Shown: piece by piece, positions 46,877-55,788 of the stretch
Position numbering within the stretch: position 1 is the stretch's first letter
Layout of the letters: each line of letters starts with the position of its first letter
Virus record (IMG/VR): IMGVR_UViG_3300031419_000579
Strand: one strand, 5' to 3'
Source: a virus
Length of the DNA: 64,000 nt
Notes under the pieces: generated by a model
The model's database searches: none
Told to the model about the DNA's origin: nothing
Seen by the model: the letters and a program-made list of their open reading frames with translations, nothing else
Made by a program: the position numbers and the translations under genes

Positions 46877-47475
46877 GCTGCCTCTCTTTGCTTATTTATA
46901 ACCCTCAGTAAAGCCCTGTAATGCGCTCGTATGGCGCACAGCTCTTCGCGGGTGTATCGGTGAGGTGTGTTGTTGTTTTCGATCGCCTCGACTCGCTGAG
47001 CGCCGATTTTGGCCATGAGGAATATCCGGTACTGCTGCTGGTTTGCTGATAACTCGACGTTACAGCGATGACATTGCTTGTGGATATTGTCTTCGTTGTA
47101 GCGGATTTGCGAAGCTGCCTTTCTGGACCGGTAATGTCCTGCTTCCCACTGAACCGTTTCCCATGTTCCGCAGCTAATACAAGGGAGATGTTTATCCCTC
47201 AGCCTGATGAAGTCATTAACCACGCGCTGGGTTAAATCTTCCCAGTGCTTTAATGGCTTCAGGTCTGCTTTTCGCTTGTTCCACTCAATGCGCTGTAGCT
47301 TCTCCTGCTTGCGTATTTTACGCGCCTGCTTCTCACCTTCCTGCTGACGTGAAAACGCCAGACCGCATTGCCAGTCAGAGCAGACTTTTTGAGTGGATGA
47401 CCAGGGGAGGTATTCAGTGGAGCAGATGGGGCATTTCTTTGGCTTCGGTGTTTTCGGCTTAATCCCCTTCGCCAT
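46873..47475 (-). CDS. ninG: NinG/Rap junction endonuclease
   Basis: FIRLRD..LPCISCG...EAGHYRS...NIHKQC..CN. Confidence 0.93.
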   Translation of the reverse strand: MAKGIKPKTPKPKKCPICSTEYLPWSSTQKVCSDWQCGLAFSRQQEGEKQARKIRKQEKLQRIEWNKRKADLKPLKHWEDLTQRVVNDFIRLRDKHLPCISCGTWETVQWEAGHYRSRKAASQIRYNEDNIHKQCHRCNVELSANQQQYRIFLMAKIGAQRVEAIENNNTPHRYTREELCAIRAHYRALLRVINKQREAA

Positions 47476-47605
47476 CTTCCCTCCTCACTATTTCAATAAC
47501 TTCATAGCCGTTAAGCTCGTAGAATGCGCAGCAGTCGCTACAGCACCAGGTCTCGTCAGCGCTTAGTGCCAGTCCGCAATCAGCACAGATGCTTTCAGCT
47601 TCCAC
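47459..47605 (-). CDS. Small Cys-rich NinF-like protein (48 aa, GTG start)
   Basis: ICADCG...ETWCCSDCC. Confidence 0.45.
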   Translation of the reverse strand: MEAESICADCGLALSADETWCCSDCCAFYELNGYEVIEIVRREDGEGD

Positions 47606-47891
47606 TGCCCACCTCCTTTTGCTCGTCAAACCACATCAGGAAAAATAAGCAGCACACCGCGGGCGCCAGGTGGGGTAAGTTGCTTTCACTGTCGTTCGAC
47701 TCTCCTGACCACCAGGCTGTGATGTGACGAATCGACGCATCGAAATAACGCTGCCTGCCATCCGGTACTGTTTTCCAGTTGTCTAATGCGTACTTGGCTG
47801 CCCCAAATTCAAGAACGGACACGACAGTTTTAATGGCACTGAACGGCAGCAGACTAAACCTCCATTTCCCCGAGTCATGCTTAGTTGTCAT
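47595..47891 (-). CDS. dATP/dGTP diphosphohydrolase-like (DUF5664) protein
   Basis: KHDSGK.RFSLLP...VLEFGAAKY..DNW...RYFDA.IRH..AWWSGE..D.ES.LPHLA.A.CC. Confidence 0.82.
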   Translation of the reverse strand: MTTKHDSGKWRFSLLPFSAIKTVVSVLEFGAAKYALDNWKTVPDGRQRYFDASIRHITAWWSGESNDSESNLPHLAPAVCCLFFLMWFDEQKEVGSGS

Positions 47892-48094
47892 ATTCGGCTC
47901 CACATAGGGTTCTGCCAGCGCCGGCTCGGGCGAGGCTCAGTTTTCTCTTCGGGTAATAAAGCGCTTACCGCCCATGACTTGTAGTCAGCGGCAAGATGCT
48001 TTTCGACTTTGATGTTGAGGGATTGATACTTGTGGATTAGTTCGTTGGCTTCTTCGGTGGTGCAGTCAGGCTGATGGTGCCAGCTCATTTTCAT
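47888..48094 (-). CDS. Conserved phage hypothetical protein
   Basis: MKMSWHHQPDCTTEEANEL...WAVSALLPE. Confidence 0.7.
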   Translation of the reverse strand: MKMSWHHQPDCTTEEANELIHKYQSLNIKVEKHLAADYKSWAVSALLPEEKTEPRPSRRWQNPMWSRI

Positions 48095-48296
48095 GGACTT
48101 TCCTCCCTGCACTTTCACCCCACGCGCCACGGTGAACCATGAGGACGCCATTGACGATTGCGTGAAATCTGGCTTCTTTGTCGCGATGGTACTTTCTGAT
48201 TGTGGTGCGATTAGACTTGAGAATTCTTGCCAGTTCTGTCTGATTGCCCCGCGTCTTTATCAATAATTCGGGGATTGTCTGGATGTTTACGTTCAT
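48066..48296 (-). CDS. ninH: NinH-like HTH protein
   Basis: TIPELLIKTRGNQTELARIL...TIRKY.RD...HAIVNGVLM. Confidence 0.85.
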   Translation of the reverse strand: MNVNIQTIPELLIKTRGNQTELARILKSNRTTIRKYHRDKEARFHAIVNGVLMVHRGAWGESAGRKVHENELAPSA

Positions 48297-48736
48297 GCTG
48301 CACTCCCGAACCGCGTTGCCCATTCTGCTGCCTGAGCTGATTCATCGCTGAATTTGACGTTGTGCTCCGCACCAAAGGCATGCATTATCGTAATTAAATC
48401 CTTCATTTCACTTACGCGCATTTTGCTGGTTGACTGCCCCAGCACCACAAAACCACCGTCTATACCTGGAACTGTTTCCTGCTTCTTAAGCGCGGAGGTA
48501 AATACGTTCTTCCAGCTTTGAGTGTCCATTTTTCGCCCATACCAGATAACCTGCCTGGAGATGTCGTTTAAACAACTCCAAAGCATGCGGTTTTGCGCAA
48601 GGCTTCTGGTGTCTTCCTGGATAATTATTTGCAGTGGCTTGGCGGGATTTAGGGGTAGTTGCTGAATCGCGGTAATGCAATTTTGTCGGATGTTGCCGTC
48701 ACGCAGCAGGAAAGTCATTTTCTCCATCAGCTTCAC
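48293..48736 (-). CDS. ninB: NinB/Orf recombination protein
   Basis: RSLAQN..LWS.L.DISRQV.WYG...WKNVFT...GQSTSKM. Confidence 0.93.
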   Translation of the reverse strand: MKLMEKMTFLLRDGNIRQNCITAIQQLPLNPAKPLQIIIQEDTRSLAQNRMLWSCLNDISRQVIWYGRKMDTQSWKNVFTSALKKQETVPGIDGGFVVLGQSTSKMRVSEMKDLITIMHAFGAEHNVKFSDESAQAAEWATRFGSAA

Positions 48737-48944
48737 CTTTAACCAGTGTAAGTTTCGGCCTGTAATCAGACAGGGTTATTGTCATTTTCTTCTGCTCAAA
48801 CTCATGGATGTATTCGGTTTTATTCCCTGCATCCATAAATCCCATTACATAACTGAGCATGTAATTAAGAGGGTCTACGCCTGAGCGATGCATCATGTCG
48901 AGTGCCTGCTCCATTTTTTCATATGCTTTGCTTGCTCTAGCCAT
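48699..48944 (-). CDS. Hypothetical protein
   Basis: Intact ORF in nin region, overlapping neighbours. Confidence 0.6.
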   Translation of the reverse strand: MARASKAYEKMEQALDMMHRSGVDPLNYMLSYVMGFMDAGNKTEYIHEFEQKKMTITLSDYRPKLTLVKGEADGENDFPAA

Positions 48945-49252
48945 TACTCATCTCCTTTAACGGTTACCCCGGCCTTTCCAATGGCGGTAATAACATCATC
49001 GCGACCTTCCTCATATGCCTTGTTTGTTACATTGGTGACATCTTTAGGAAGCTCAACAACGACCGCAGCTCTGCTGGCCTGCCATGCCCACCAAGCGACT
49101 TGCATATCCCATGCGAGATACTCGCCATCACCATTTCCACAAACTCGATAGTCAATTGAGTCACCGAATTCGTTTTTAATTGCTGTCTCAAACTCTTCCC
49201 TGCTCTTATCCACGCTTACCTCCCGCCCATCGCCGAAGAAAAAGGCCAACAA
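48944..49252 (-). CDS. Hypothetical phage protein
   Basis: SREEFE...AWWAWQASRAAVVVELP motif common in nin regions. Confidence 0.65.
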   Translation of the reverse strand: MLAFFFGDGREVSVDKSREEFETAIKNEFGDSIDYRVCGNGDGEYLAWDMQVAWWAWQASRAAVVVELPKDVTNVTNKAYEEGRDDVITAIGKAGVTVKGDE

Positions 49253-49328
49253 TCAATGCTGGCCCTGTCGTTAACTCTGTTATGTAAAGTGGTAACATCA
49301 CTGCTCACTCAGTACCGGCATGCTGTAT

Positions 49329-49493
49329 TCACTCATTGGTAGCTCCTTCTGATTCCTGCCGCTCAAGGATTGGGAGTGCAATCCTAAGGGCTTGAAGATA
49401 AATTTCTTCGCTTAACGTAATACCGCGATATGATTTAGCTTGTGTCAGATTACCGATCATATCTTTGCAAATTGCTGAATTAATACATTTCAT
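49329..49493 (-). CDS. Hypothetical protein (54 aa)
   Basis: EEIYLQALRIALPILE motif; overlaps upstream stop. Confidence 0.5.
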   Translation of the reverse strand: MKCINSAICKDMIGNLTQAKSYRGITLSEEIYLQALRIALPILERQESEGATNE

Positions 49494-49672
49494 TTAGTCA
49501 CTCCGTTCATTAGTTTAATGCAGAGTTTGCAGGTCACTTTAGATTTCACAGTTGTGGTTTTTCGCATGTAACCACATAACGCGCCATGCAACCCAAGCTG
49601 GTAATACCCCTGCCGGGCGCTAAATGGCATTACTGAATCCGTTTCTCTGTGTCGCATGTGTAACTTCTTCAT
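49490..49672 (-). CDS. Hypothetical protein
   Basis: LCG...VTCKLC zinc-ribbon-like; AGGG RBS. Confidence 0.6.
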   Translation of the reverse strand: MKKLHMRHRETDSVMPFSARQGYYQLGLHGALCGYMRKTTTVKSKVTCKLCIKLMNGVTK

Positions 49673-49701
49673 CGCCCTTCCCCTTGTTTAGCTGGCTCGA
49701 C

Positions 49702-49911
49702 CTATATGTCAGTGAACGCATAACGAGCTGCTCCAGTTTTCTTGATAATTCCGCTATCAACTCCATCCCTAATAACGCGCCCTGCACGGATATAGCTTGC
49801 TGAATCAACGCTGTCATCACCGAAGTAATCTGTTATTGCCTCCGCTACGTCTGCTCTGCGGAATTTGGTGCCCTTCAATGAGATAAGTTTTTCAATTCTT
49901 GGCTCTGTCAT
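49702..49911 (-). CDS. Hypothetical (winged-helix-like) protein
   Basis: Overlaps upstream stop by 4 nt. Confidence 0.55.
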   Translation of the reverse strand: MTEPRIEKLISLKGTKFRRADVAEAITDYFGDDSVDSASYIRAGRVIRDGVDSGIIKKTGAARYAFTDI

Positions 49912-50204
49912 GATTTCATCTGCCCGGACTCAAACTGAGACTTCAAGGGTAGATAAACACACCGATGAACGAACGGGATAAACTCTGCGAAGAAGTTATT
50001 ATCCGTGGCCTGCCGGTAGCCTGTTACCTGGTCGACCATCGCCTCAAGATCATTTCTCGGCTTACGTGGCAGACTGACATCGGAGAGTCGGCAGAAGTTG
50101 GATATTAAATCCGGCTCACCCAGGCACTCGTCCAGGCAGAGGCTGAATGCCGGGTCCATCAGAAGCGATTGGATAACGTCGCGTGGCAATCGTTTGTCAG
50201 TCAT
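49908..50204 (-). CDS. Hypothetical protein
   Basis: Intact ORF downstream of helicase. Confidence 0.6.
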   Translation of the reverse strand: MTDKRLPRDVIQSLLMDPAFSLCLDECLGEPDLISNFCRLSDVSLPRKPRNDLEAMVDQVTGYRQATDNNFFAEFIPFVHRCVYLPLKSQFESGQMKS

Positions 50205-50234
50205 GATTTCACCTGCTTGCGGTAGCCCATTCTT

Positions 50235-51575
50235 TTATCCCCTCCAGTCATTGCTGCTGGTCGATTCTCTCTGGTTATCTGCATAGCGCCGTGCGGCTTC
50301 TGCCTGTTCGATGTTGGTGAAGTGACCGTTTTTCCATCCCATGTAAAACGTCTTAGGCTGTCCGGATCGATACTTTCCGACAATGATTTCAGCAATGCCT
50401 TTCATATCGGTTTTCTCGTTATAAACCTCGTCGCGATAAGGGAAGATAATCACATCAGCATCTTGCTCTATTGCTCCTGAGTCCTTCAGGTCTGCCATTG
50501 TCGGCCGCTTCTCTACGCGGGTCTCTACACCACGGTTAAGCTGTGACAGTAGAATCACCGGTACTTTGCTGCGCAGGCTGAACTGCTTGAGCTTTCGGGT
50601 GATTTCTGCAATGGCGAGGTCGTGACGGTCTGCCTTTGGTTTTTTCATCAAGCCGAGATAGTCAATACTGACGAAGCTCAACCCGCCGTCCATGTTCAAC
50701 CGGTCAGCGTGTGCGATAATCTCGTCAACGCTCAATGTTTCATCAAGAACGTAGTTCTGTTCATCCAACAGTGTTCCGGTTGCGCCGGTAAGCCTTGTGT
50801 GCTGCTCCTGAATCATGTCCAGAGGGTTTCGTAACGTGCCGATCGATAACCCAGCTCTGTCGGCAACGTGGCGCTCCACAACCTGCATATCTGACATTTC
50901 CATTGATATCATCAGTCCTCGACCTTTCTGTCGGCCGATTGAATTTCCAATGTTGATTGCCAGTTCCGTCTTGCCCATGCCTGGCCTGCCAGCGATAACG
51001 ATTAGGTCTGTACGGTCGAAGCCGCCATACTCATCATCCATCGCGTCGATGCCTGTTTTCAGGTACAGGCCAGAATCAGAGCCGGCCATGCGTTTTTCAA
51101 GAACGTCCATGTAGTCGGGCAGCATGTCGCCTATTCGTCGCGGCAAGCGATCGTTGGTTTCGAACTGTAGCTTTGAGACGATGCCGGACACCTCAGCAAT
51201 GCGCTCGTTGATATCGTGTGTTCCGGCTGACCTGAGCATTGCAGCGGCACGAATCAGCTCCTGCTCGCCCTTGCGTAGCATCCAGCACTGACGAACTCGC
51301 TTAGCCCACGCCTTGATATTCGCCGCGCTGCGGCAGCGGGAGGAGACGGTCAGGACAACATCACGTGACTGGTCACTGACTCCCGCCTGAACTGTGAACA
51401 TGTCGATTGGCTCGGCCTTGTCCAGCAGGACGCAAATCACCTGATACATGTTGCGAAGGTGGAAATTCTCGAAAGCATCAGCTGGCAATTTCCCGGATAT
51501 TTCACGGCAGTCGATGTGATCGCCCTTCACCATCATCGCGCCCACCAGTTGCTCTTCAAATTCGTAGCTGTCCAT
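50235..51575 (-). CDS. DnaB-like replicative helicase (P22 gp12-like)
   Basis: IAGRPGMGKT, SMEMS, IDYLGL, LSQLNRGVE.R, DLKDSGAIEQDAD. Confidence 0.96.
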   Translation of the reverse strand: MDSYEFEEQLVGAMMVKGDHIDCREISGKLPADAFENFHLRNMYQVICVLLDKAEPIDMFTVQAGVSDQSRDVVLTVSSRCRSAANIKAWAKRVRQCWMLRKGEQELIRAAAMLRSAGTHDINERIAEVSGIVSKLQFETNDRLPRRIGDMLPDYMDVLEKRMAGSDSGLYLKTGIDAMDDEYGGFDRTDLIVIAGRPGMGKTELAINIGNSIGRQKGRGLMISMEMSDMQVVERHVADRAGLSIGTLRNPLDMIQEQHTRLTGATGTLLDEQNYVLDETLSVDEIIAHADRLNMDGGLSFVSIDYLGLMKKPKADRHDLAIAEITRKLKQFSLRSKVPVILLSQLNRGVETRVEKRPTMADLKDSGAIEQDADVIIFPYRDEVYNEKTDMKGIAEIIVGKYRSGQPKTFYMGWKNGHFTNIEQAEAARRYADNQRESTSSNDWRG

Positions 51576-51576
51576 C

Positions 51577-52509
51577 TCATGGCTCCTGGCTGATAACTTG
51601 GTCGATGATGCGCTGAGTCAAAGCGGTATCTATCCCGTATTTTCTCCCGGCAGGATTGTCACCCATGGCATAAGGCGTCGGCATGTATCCAAATTCGATA
51701 TAGCCGTTGATGAACGTGTCTATGTCGCGTGGGTGGCGCTGAGTTTCTTTGCAGTGCTTGAGGTGAGATTCATACAGGCGCTTGACGCCCTTTTCAGTTG
51801 TCGTGCTGATACTGGCAATGCGAGGCAATCCATGCTTGAGAGCTTTGCAGTTCCACGTCTCTTTGAATCGTTCACGATCGAATGTGAATTTATTGGATGC
51901 CTGCCGTTTGGGTTTTGATTCTTCCTGAATCGACGAATCCCCGCTTGGGGATTTAGGGGTATTATTTAATTCTTGTTCTAGTAACTTCTTGTTCTGTTCA
52001 ACCTTCATTGTTACGAGGTTTGTTACCTCCGCACCATCTGAGGCCGCGCCAGTTCTGGTTTTGTTTGTTACCTCGTTCGTTACTTTCTTTGTTACCTCAA
52101 AATCACCCTGATAATCGGTGTAATTTATGATGGAAATTACAGTACCGTGGCGGCTTCCAGAGTAGGCAATCATCTTTTCAGCCACGAAAAAATCAAGCAT
52201 ATCTCTGACCTGCTTGGCGGTCTTTTCTCCTCCTTTTGAATCCCGGAGTTTTCTGGCGAGGATATTTATCTGCGTTACAAGCTGACCGGATGATAACTCC
52301 CACTGAACGCCGTCAAATTCCACCTTTCGCGGCCTGTAGGAGGCCTCTCCGATTAGCCTAACCCAAAGGGACAGCTTTGCAGTATCCCTTGCCCAATCCT
52401 TAGATAGAACGCTCCTGAACAGTGCAAAATGCCCCTGCTTTTGGTTTTCCATCCGTGAACTCCTTGAAGGCTGATCACCTCCGAATTCTGCGTAGGCTAC
52501 ATTGCTCAT
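51577..52509 (-). CDS. Replication initiator (O-like)
   Basis: Between cII and helicase; G..ISIINYTDYQ; GTTACC/GTAAC-type repeats around 52010-52110 as likely iterons. Confidence 0.85.
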   Translation of the reverse strand: MSNVAYAEFGGDQPSRSSRMENQKQGHFALFRSVLSKDWARDTAKLSLWVRLIGEASYRPRKVEFDGVQWELSSGQLVTQINILARKLRDSKGGEKTAKQVRDMLDFFVAEKMIAYSGSRHGTVISIINYTDYQGDFEVTKKVTNEVTNKTRTGAASDGAEVTNLVTMKVEQNKKLLEQELNNTPKSPSGDSSIQEESKPKRQASNKFTFDRERFKETWNCKALKHGLPRIASISTTTEKGVKRLYESHLKHCKETQRHPRDIDTFINGYIEFGYMPTPYAMGDNPAGRKYGIDTALTQRIIDQVISQEP

Positions 52510-52649
52510 TTGCCCTTCTCCCTATCCTTATACTCCTGAACCAGTGCCTTCAGCTTTTCAAATACAGCCGGATTGCAGGTTCTAAGGTATCGGGAGCGGA
52601 CAATGCTCTTATGCAATTCGTCCTGGCTTATTACGTGTCGTTTTGCCAT
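52506..52649 (-). CDS. DUF2740-like small protein (47 aa)
   Basis: SQDELHKSIVRSRYL; between cII and O. Confidence 0.6.
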   Translation of the reverse strand: MAKRHVISQDELHKSIVRSRYLRTCNPAVFEKLKALVQEYKDREKGK

Positions 52650-52673
52650 AATTACCCCTGTGAATTGATCCAG

Positions 52674-52970
52674 TTAAAAATTCATAGTTACTTGAGAGCC
52701 TTCGACTGTTACCGCAGTTGAGGGCTTTTTCTTTGTCAGAATTGATGCAACCTGCCGCGCTAAATGCGCCATATCCTCATCGACCACTCCGTATTCCAGA
52801 ACAGCCAACAACATCGATATCTTCGGCACCCAGTCGCGTTTCCACCGGCTTATCTGCGCCTTATCGACGCCAACGGCCTTAGCGGTGCGCTCTGTACCCA
52901 GCAATGAGATTTTGTTGAGTAATGCGCTCTCAATGCGTAGCGCCTCATTGCGTTTGTTTGCGTGCTCCAT
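52674..52970 (-). CDS. cII: CII transcriptional activator
   Basis: RIESALLNKI...G.E.TAKAVGVDKAQISRWKRDW.PK.SMLLAVLE. Confidence 0.95.
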   Translation of the reverse strand: MEHANKRNEALRIESALLNKISLLGTERTAKAVGVDKAQISRWKRDWVPKISMLLAVLEYGVVDEDMAHLARQVASILTKKKPSTAVTVEGSQVTMNF

Positions 52971-53037
52971 AATGAATACTTGTCCTTAATGAATAGTTAG
53001 TTACGTGTGTGCACCGTGGGGTGCCACATTATTTGGT

Positions 53038-53075
53038 AGGGACGAAGCATCCCTGGTTAAGTTGTATAAAGAGCG
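53038..53075 (-). promoter_or_regulatory. nutR: boxA plus boxB-like hairpin
   Basis: CGCTCTTTATACAA then AGGGATGCTTCGTCCCT directly after cro. Confidence 0.8.
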
Positions 53076-53082
53076 GTGGTGC

Positions 53083-53316
53083 TTATGCTGCTAACGATTG
53101 TTTTTTGCTGATTTCTAAGATCTGTGTGGCAGTGAACCGGCCTTCGGATGCTTTTGCGATCAGTTCTGCGTAATTCGTTTCCCCAGTGAAATCAGTTCGG
53201 GGAAGAGTTCCGCGTTCAATCCATTTGTAAATGGCCTTCGGCGTGCGACCGCAAGCGTTAGCAACCACCGAGACTTTTACTAACTTGATAACGTCTCCAA
53301 GAGCAGGTGTTTGCAT
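53083..53316 (-). CDS. cro: Cro (HK022-like, 77 aa)
   Basis: VANACGRTPKAIYKWI..G.LPRTDFTGETNYA. Confidence 0.9.
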   Translation of the reverse strand: MQTPALGDVIKLVKVSVVANACGRTPKAIYKWIERGTLPRTDFTGETNYAELIAKASEGRFTATQILEISKKQSLAA

Positions 53317-53333
53317 AATGAATACTCCATTAA

Positions 53334-53405
53334 TGAACTCAAAGTACATTATATGCAGGAACTGAAAGTACAATCAAGTGCAGATACTATTGAACTTATG
53401 GTTCA
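53334..53405. promoter_or_regulatory. OR operators (three 15-bp sites: 53334-48, 53358-72, 53391-405)
   Basis: TGAACTCAAAGTACA, GGAACTGAAAGTACA, TGAACTTATGGTTCA; the last equals the HK022 consensus TGAACCATAAGTTCA on the other strand, as I recall it. Confidence 0.85.
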
Positions 53406-54108
53406 AGAAGAAAAAGTGCGTAAAAACTTCTCCCTCAGGCTGGCACTGGCTTGTGAAATGGCGGGATTAGCAAGTCATGGGCAACAGATAAGGATCGCTA
53501 AGGCTATGGGGGTGACTCCAAAGGCCGTGAGCAAATGGTTCAATTCTGAGTCCATGCCTCGTCGTGGAAAAATGTATGAGCTTGCAGAATATCTCGGAAC
53601 GACAGTATCTTTCCTTGTGGGAGATACTACTGAGGATGGGATTGTGCGTGACTCATTGAAAAAGAAAGATAGTTATTTTCGCGTTGATGTTTTTGATATC
53701 CAGGCAAGTGCAGGAAGTGGTGTCATGGTCAGGGATGAGTTCGTAGAGACAATTAAATCTATCGAATATTCTAATGAGGAGGCACAACTCATTTTTCATG
53801 GGCGCCCAGCCGAAAGCATCAAAATGATTGCTGTTAATGGCGACTCAATGTCAGGTACTTTCGAGCCACGTGATCAGATCTTTGTTGATGTGGGAGTGGA
53901 TTTTTTTGATGGTGACGGCATCTACATTTTTACCATTGAAGATAAACTCTACATCAAACGACTTCAGCTGCAGTTTGACCGGCTAGCCATCATTTCCGAC
54001 AACAAAAAATATGAAACTTGGCATATGGATAAAGAGAAGATCAGCATGATACGTATCATCGCGAAAGTCTTAGTTAGCCAGTCAAGAGCCTACATATTTC
54101 ACAGTTAA
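53398..54108 (+). CDS. cI: CI repressor (HK022-like, S24 peptidase; 236 aa)
   Basis: FSLRLALAC...VTPKAVSKWF..ES.PR; QASAG cleavage site, VNGDSM Ser, YIKRL Lys. Confidence 0.95.
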   Translation: MVQEEKVRKNFSLRLALACEMAGLASHGQQIRIAKAMGVTPKAVSKWFNSESMPRRGKMYELAEYLGTTVSFLVGDTTEDGIVRDSLKKKDSYFRVDVFDIQASAGSGVMVRDEFVETIKSIEYSNEEAQLIFHGRPAESIKMIAVNGDSMSGTFEPRDQIFVDVGVDFFDGDGIYIFTIEDKLYIKRLQLQFDRLAIISDNKKYETWHMDKEKISMIRIIAKVLVSQSRAYIFHS

Positions 54109-54157
54109 AGCCCAGTGGCCGGAAGAGACGTTCAGTTTGAAAGTAAACAGGTGAATT

Positions 54158-54370
54158 ATGGATGATGCAGATTTAGCACAAGCACGCGAAGAAGCACATT
54201 TGTCCGCTTCTATGTCAGCACGCGTTCCCCGATTAGTGAGCAGAGATGGCAAGTGCATCTGGTGCGAAGATGAGCCAGTGGTTGCCGATACAGCGTTCTG
54301 CTCTGCTGAATGTGGAGAGGATTACCATAAGCATAAGCGTGAGATGAAGCAGCGTATTGCTGGCGAGTAG
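54158..54370 (+). CDS. Small TraR-like/C4 zinc-binding protein
   Basis: MDDADLAQARE acidic N-terminal helix; CIWC...FCSAEC. Confidence 0.65.
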   Translation: MDDADLAQAREEAHLSASMSARVPRLVSRDGKCIWCEDEPVVADTAFCSAECGEDYHKHKREMKQRIAGE

Positions 54371-54400
54371 TGCACAGAAGAGCGAGTAGTGCACAGAAGA
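54363..54400. repeat. Perfect 19-bp tandem duplication GCGAGTAGTGCACAGAAGA
   Basis: 54363-54381 equals 54382-54400. Confidence 0.95.
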
Positions 54401-54455
54401 GACATTCGGCGAGATAAAAAACTAATATCTTAAATTTATTCAGGATAAAAATTCA

Positions 54456-54998
54456 GTGGCTAAGAAAGATGATTTCAGGCCTACTCAAAAGCAAGTTAAT
54501 GATGCCATTAGCGTTCCAAAAATAGTCACCTTCTCTGGCGCGTCTTGGAATGCTAGCGAAGGCAGAACGCCGATTTGGTATAAGCTTGACCTAAAAGCTT
54601 TTGATGGCAATGGGAACCCTTTAGCTGGCATAAGATTCATGCTGCATTGGCGTTATCCGATTGTCGAAGGTGTAGATATTGTCAAACTTTCTTATGTAAT
54701 GTTTCTGCATGATCGGAGGCTATTCGCTCTGGATCCATATCCGGCCGACAACAAACCTCACCGCAACAGAGCAAAAGTAGATCATCCGGATTTTGTTGAA
54801 GTAGCCCTTGGCTCTCATTACCACATGTACTTTGAGTCCGCAGCGGAAGAAATCGCCTTGAAATTGGATGTCGACATTAAACCAGACGACTTCTTTGGCT
54901 ACTGGAATTACTTCTGTTCTAAGCTTAATATAACTTACAAAGGCAACCCACCTCTGCCACATCAAGACAACTCAGGCCAGCTATCATGGGAAATGTAA
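54456..54998 (+). CDS. Uncharacterised protein with His-rich motif (GTG start), gene 1 of rex-position cassette
   Basis: RLFALD....KPHRN...GSHYHMY; 13-nt overlap with next gene. Confidence 0.75.
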   Translation: MAKKDDFRPTQKQVNDAISVPKIVTFSGASWNASEGRTPIWYKLDLKAFDGNGNPLAGIRFMLHWRYPIVEGVDIVKLSYVMFLHDRRLFALDPYPADNKPHRNRAKVDHPDFVEVALGSHYHMYFESAAEEIALKLDVDIKPDDFFGYWNYFCSKLNITYKGNPPLPHQDNSGQLSWEM

Positions 54999-55762
54999 CG
55001 TGTTCAACAGTCATATCTAAGCTCGGGTTCGAATGTCACCCAATGAGCGATACTCTGCTGCGCGTCATTAGCCCATTCACTTACTATGATGATAGCGAGC
55101 AGATCAGTGTGTTTGTCCAAGAGATGAGTGGCCAGTACCGCATTACTGACTACTGCGACACATTGATGAATATTGAGTCTCGAGGGATAAACCTGACAAA
55201 GCGAAAAATCGATTTGATCCGGACATCTTTAGCCTCTCAAGGTGTGACACTGAACGAGTCTGGTGAGATTTCGGCATGGGCAACCGAAAACAATGTTGGG
55301 TCAATGACTGCAAATGTCATTCGAGGTGGACTGCTTGCTTCAGCTCAATCAGCAGAGTGGTATGCAGAAGTTAAAGATGATCGGTTTGAAAAGTGTGTCA
55401 TTAGTTACCTGAAATCACAGGGGTTAGGGTCAAGGCTTTCTCTTAAAGAAAAGGTCAGAGGAATAAGCGGACACGACATAACGATTCCCATAACTCTCAG
55501 GCAGAAATCTAATCTTCTTACACCTAAGAGGGGATTTACTGTAAGCCTCTCGGGATCAAGAGGTTGGAATACAGCTCACTCTACAGTGGGAAAGATTGTT
55601 GACATCAGTCACTCGGTACCTCACGTCAGCAATAGATTCGTCATTGTCGATAGCGAAGGGTTGAGTCCTGAGCTGCAGCAACTGGCATTATTGTTCAACG
55701 ATAGTGCTCTTGTACTTCCTTTCCATAACAGGGATAGTTGGATTGAAACCTTAGTTGCCTAG
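54986..55762 (+). CDS. DUF1828-like protein, gene 2 of rex-position cassette
   Basis: VISPFTYYDDSEQISVF...YRITDYCDTL motif; C-terminal alpha/beta domain with VRGISGH. Confidence 0.75.
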   Translation: MGNVTCSTVISKLGFECHPMSDTLLRVISPFTYYDDSEQISVFVQEMSGQYRITDYCDTLMNIESRGINLTKRKIDLIRTSLASQGVTLNESGEISAWATENNVGSMTANVIRGGLLASAQSAEWYAEVKDDRFEKCVISYLKSQGLGSRLSLKEKVRGISGHDITIPITLRQKSNLLTPKRGFTVSLSGSRGWNTAHSTVGKIVDISHSVPHVSNRFVIVDSEGLSPELQQLALLFNDSALVLPFHNRDSWIETLVA

Positions 55763-55763
55763 T

Positions 55764-55788
55764 AACCCGGCCACCGCGCCGGTTTTTT
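55764..55788 (+). terminator. Intrinsic terminator closing the cI-cargo transcript
   Basis: ACCCGGC-caccgc-GCCGGTT followed by T tract. Confidence 0.7.
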
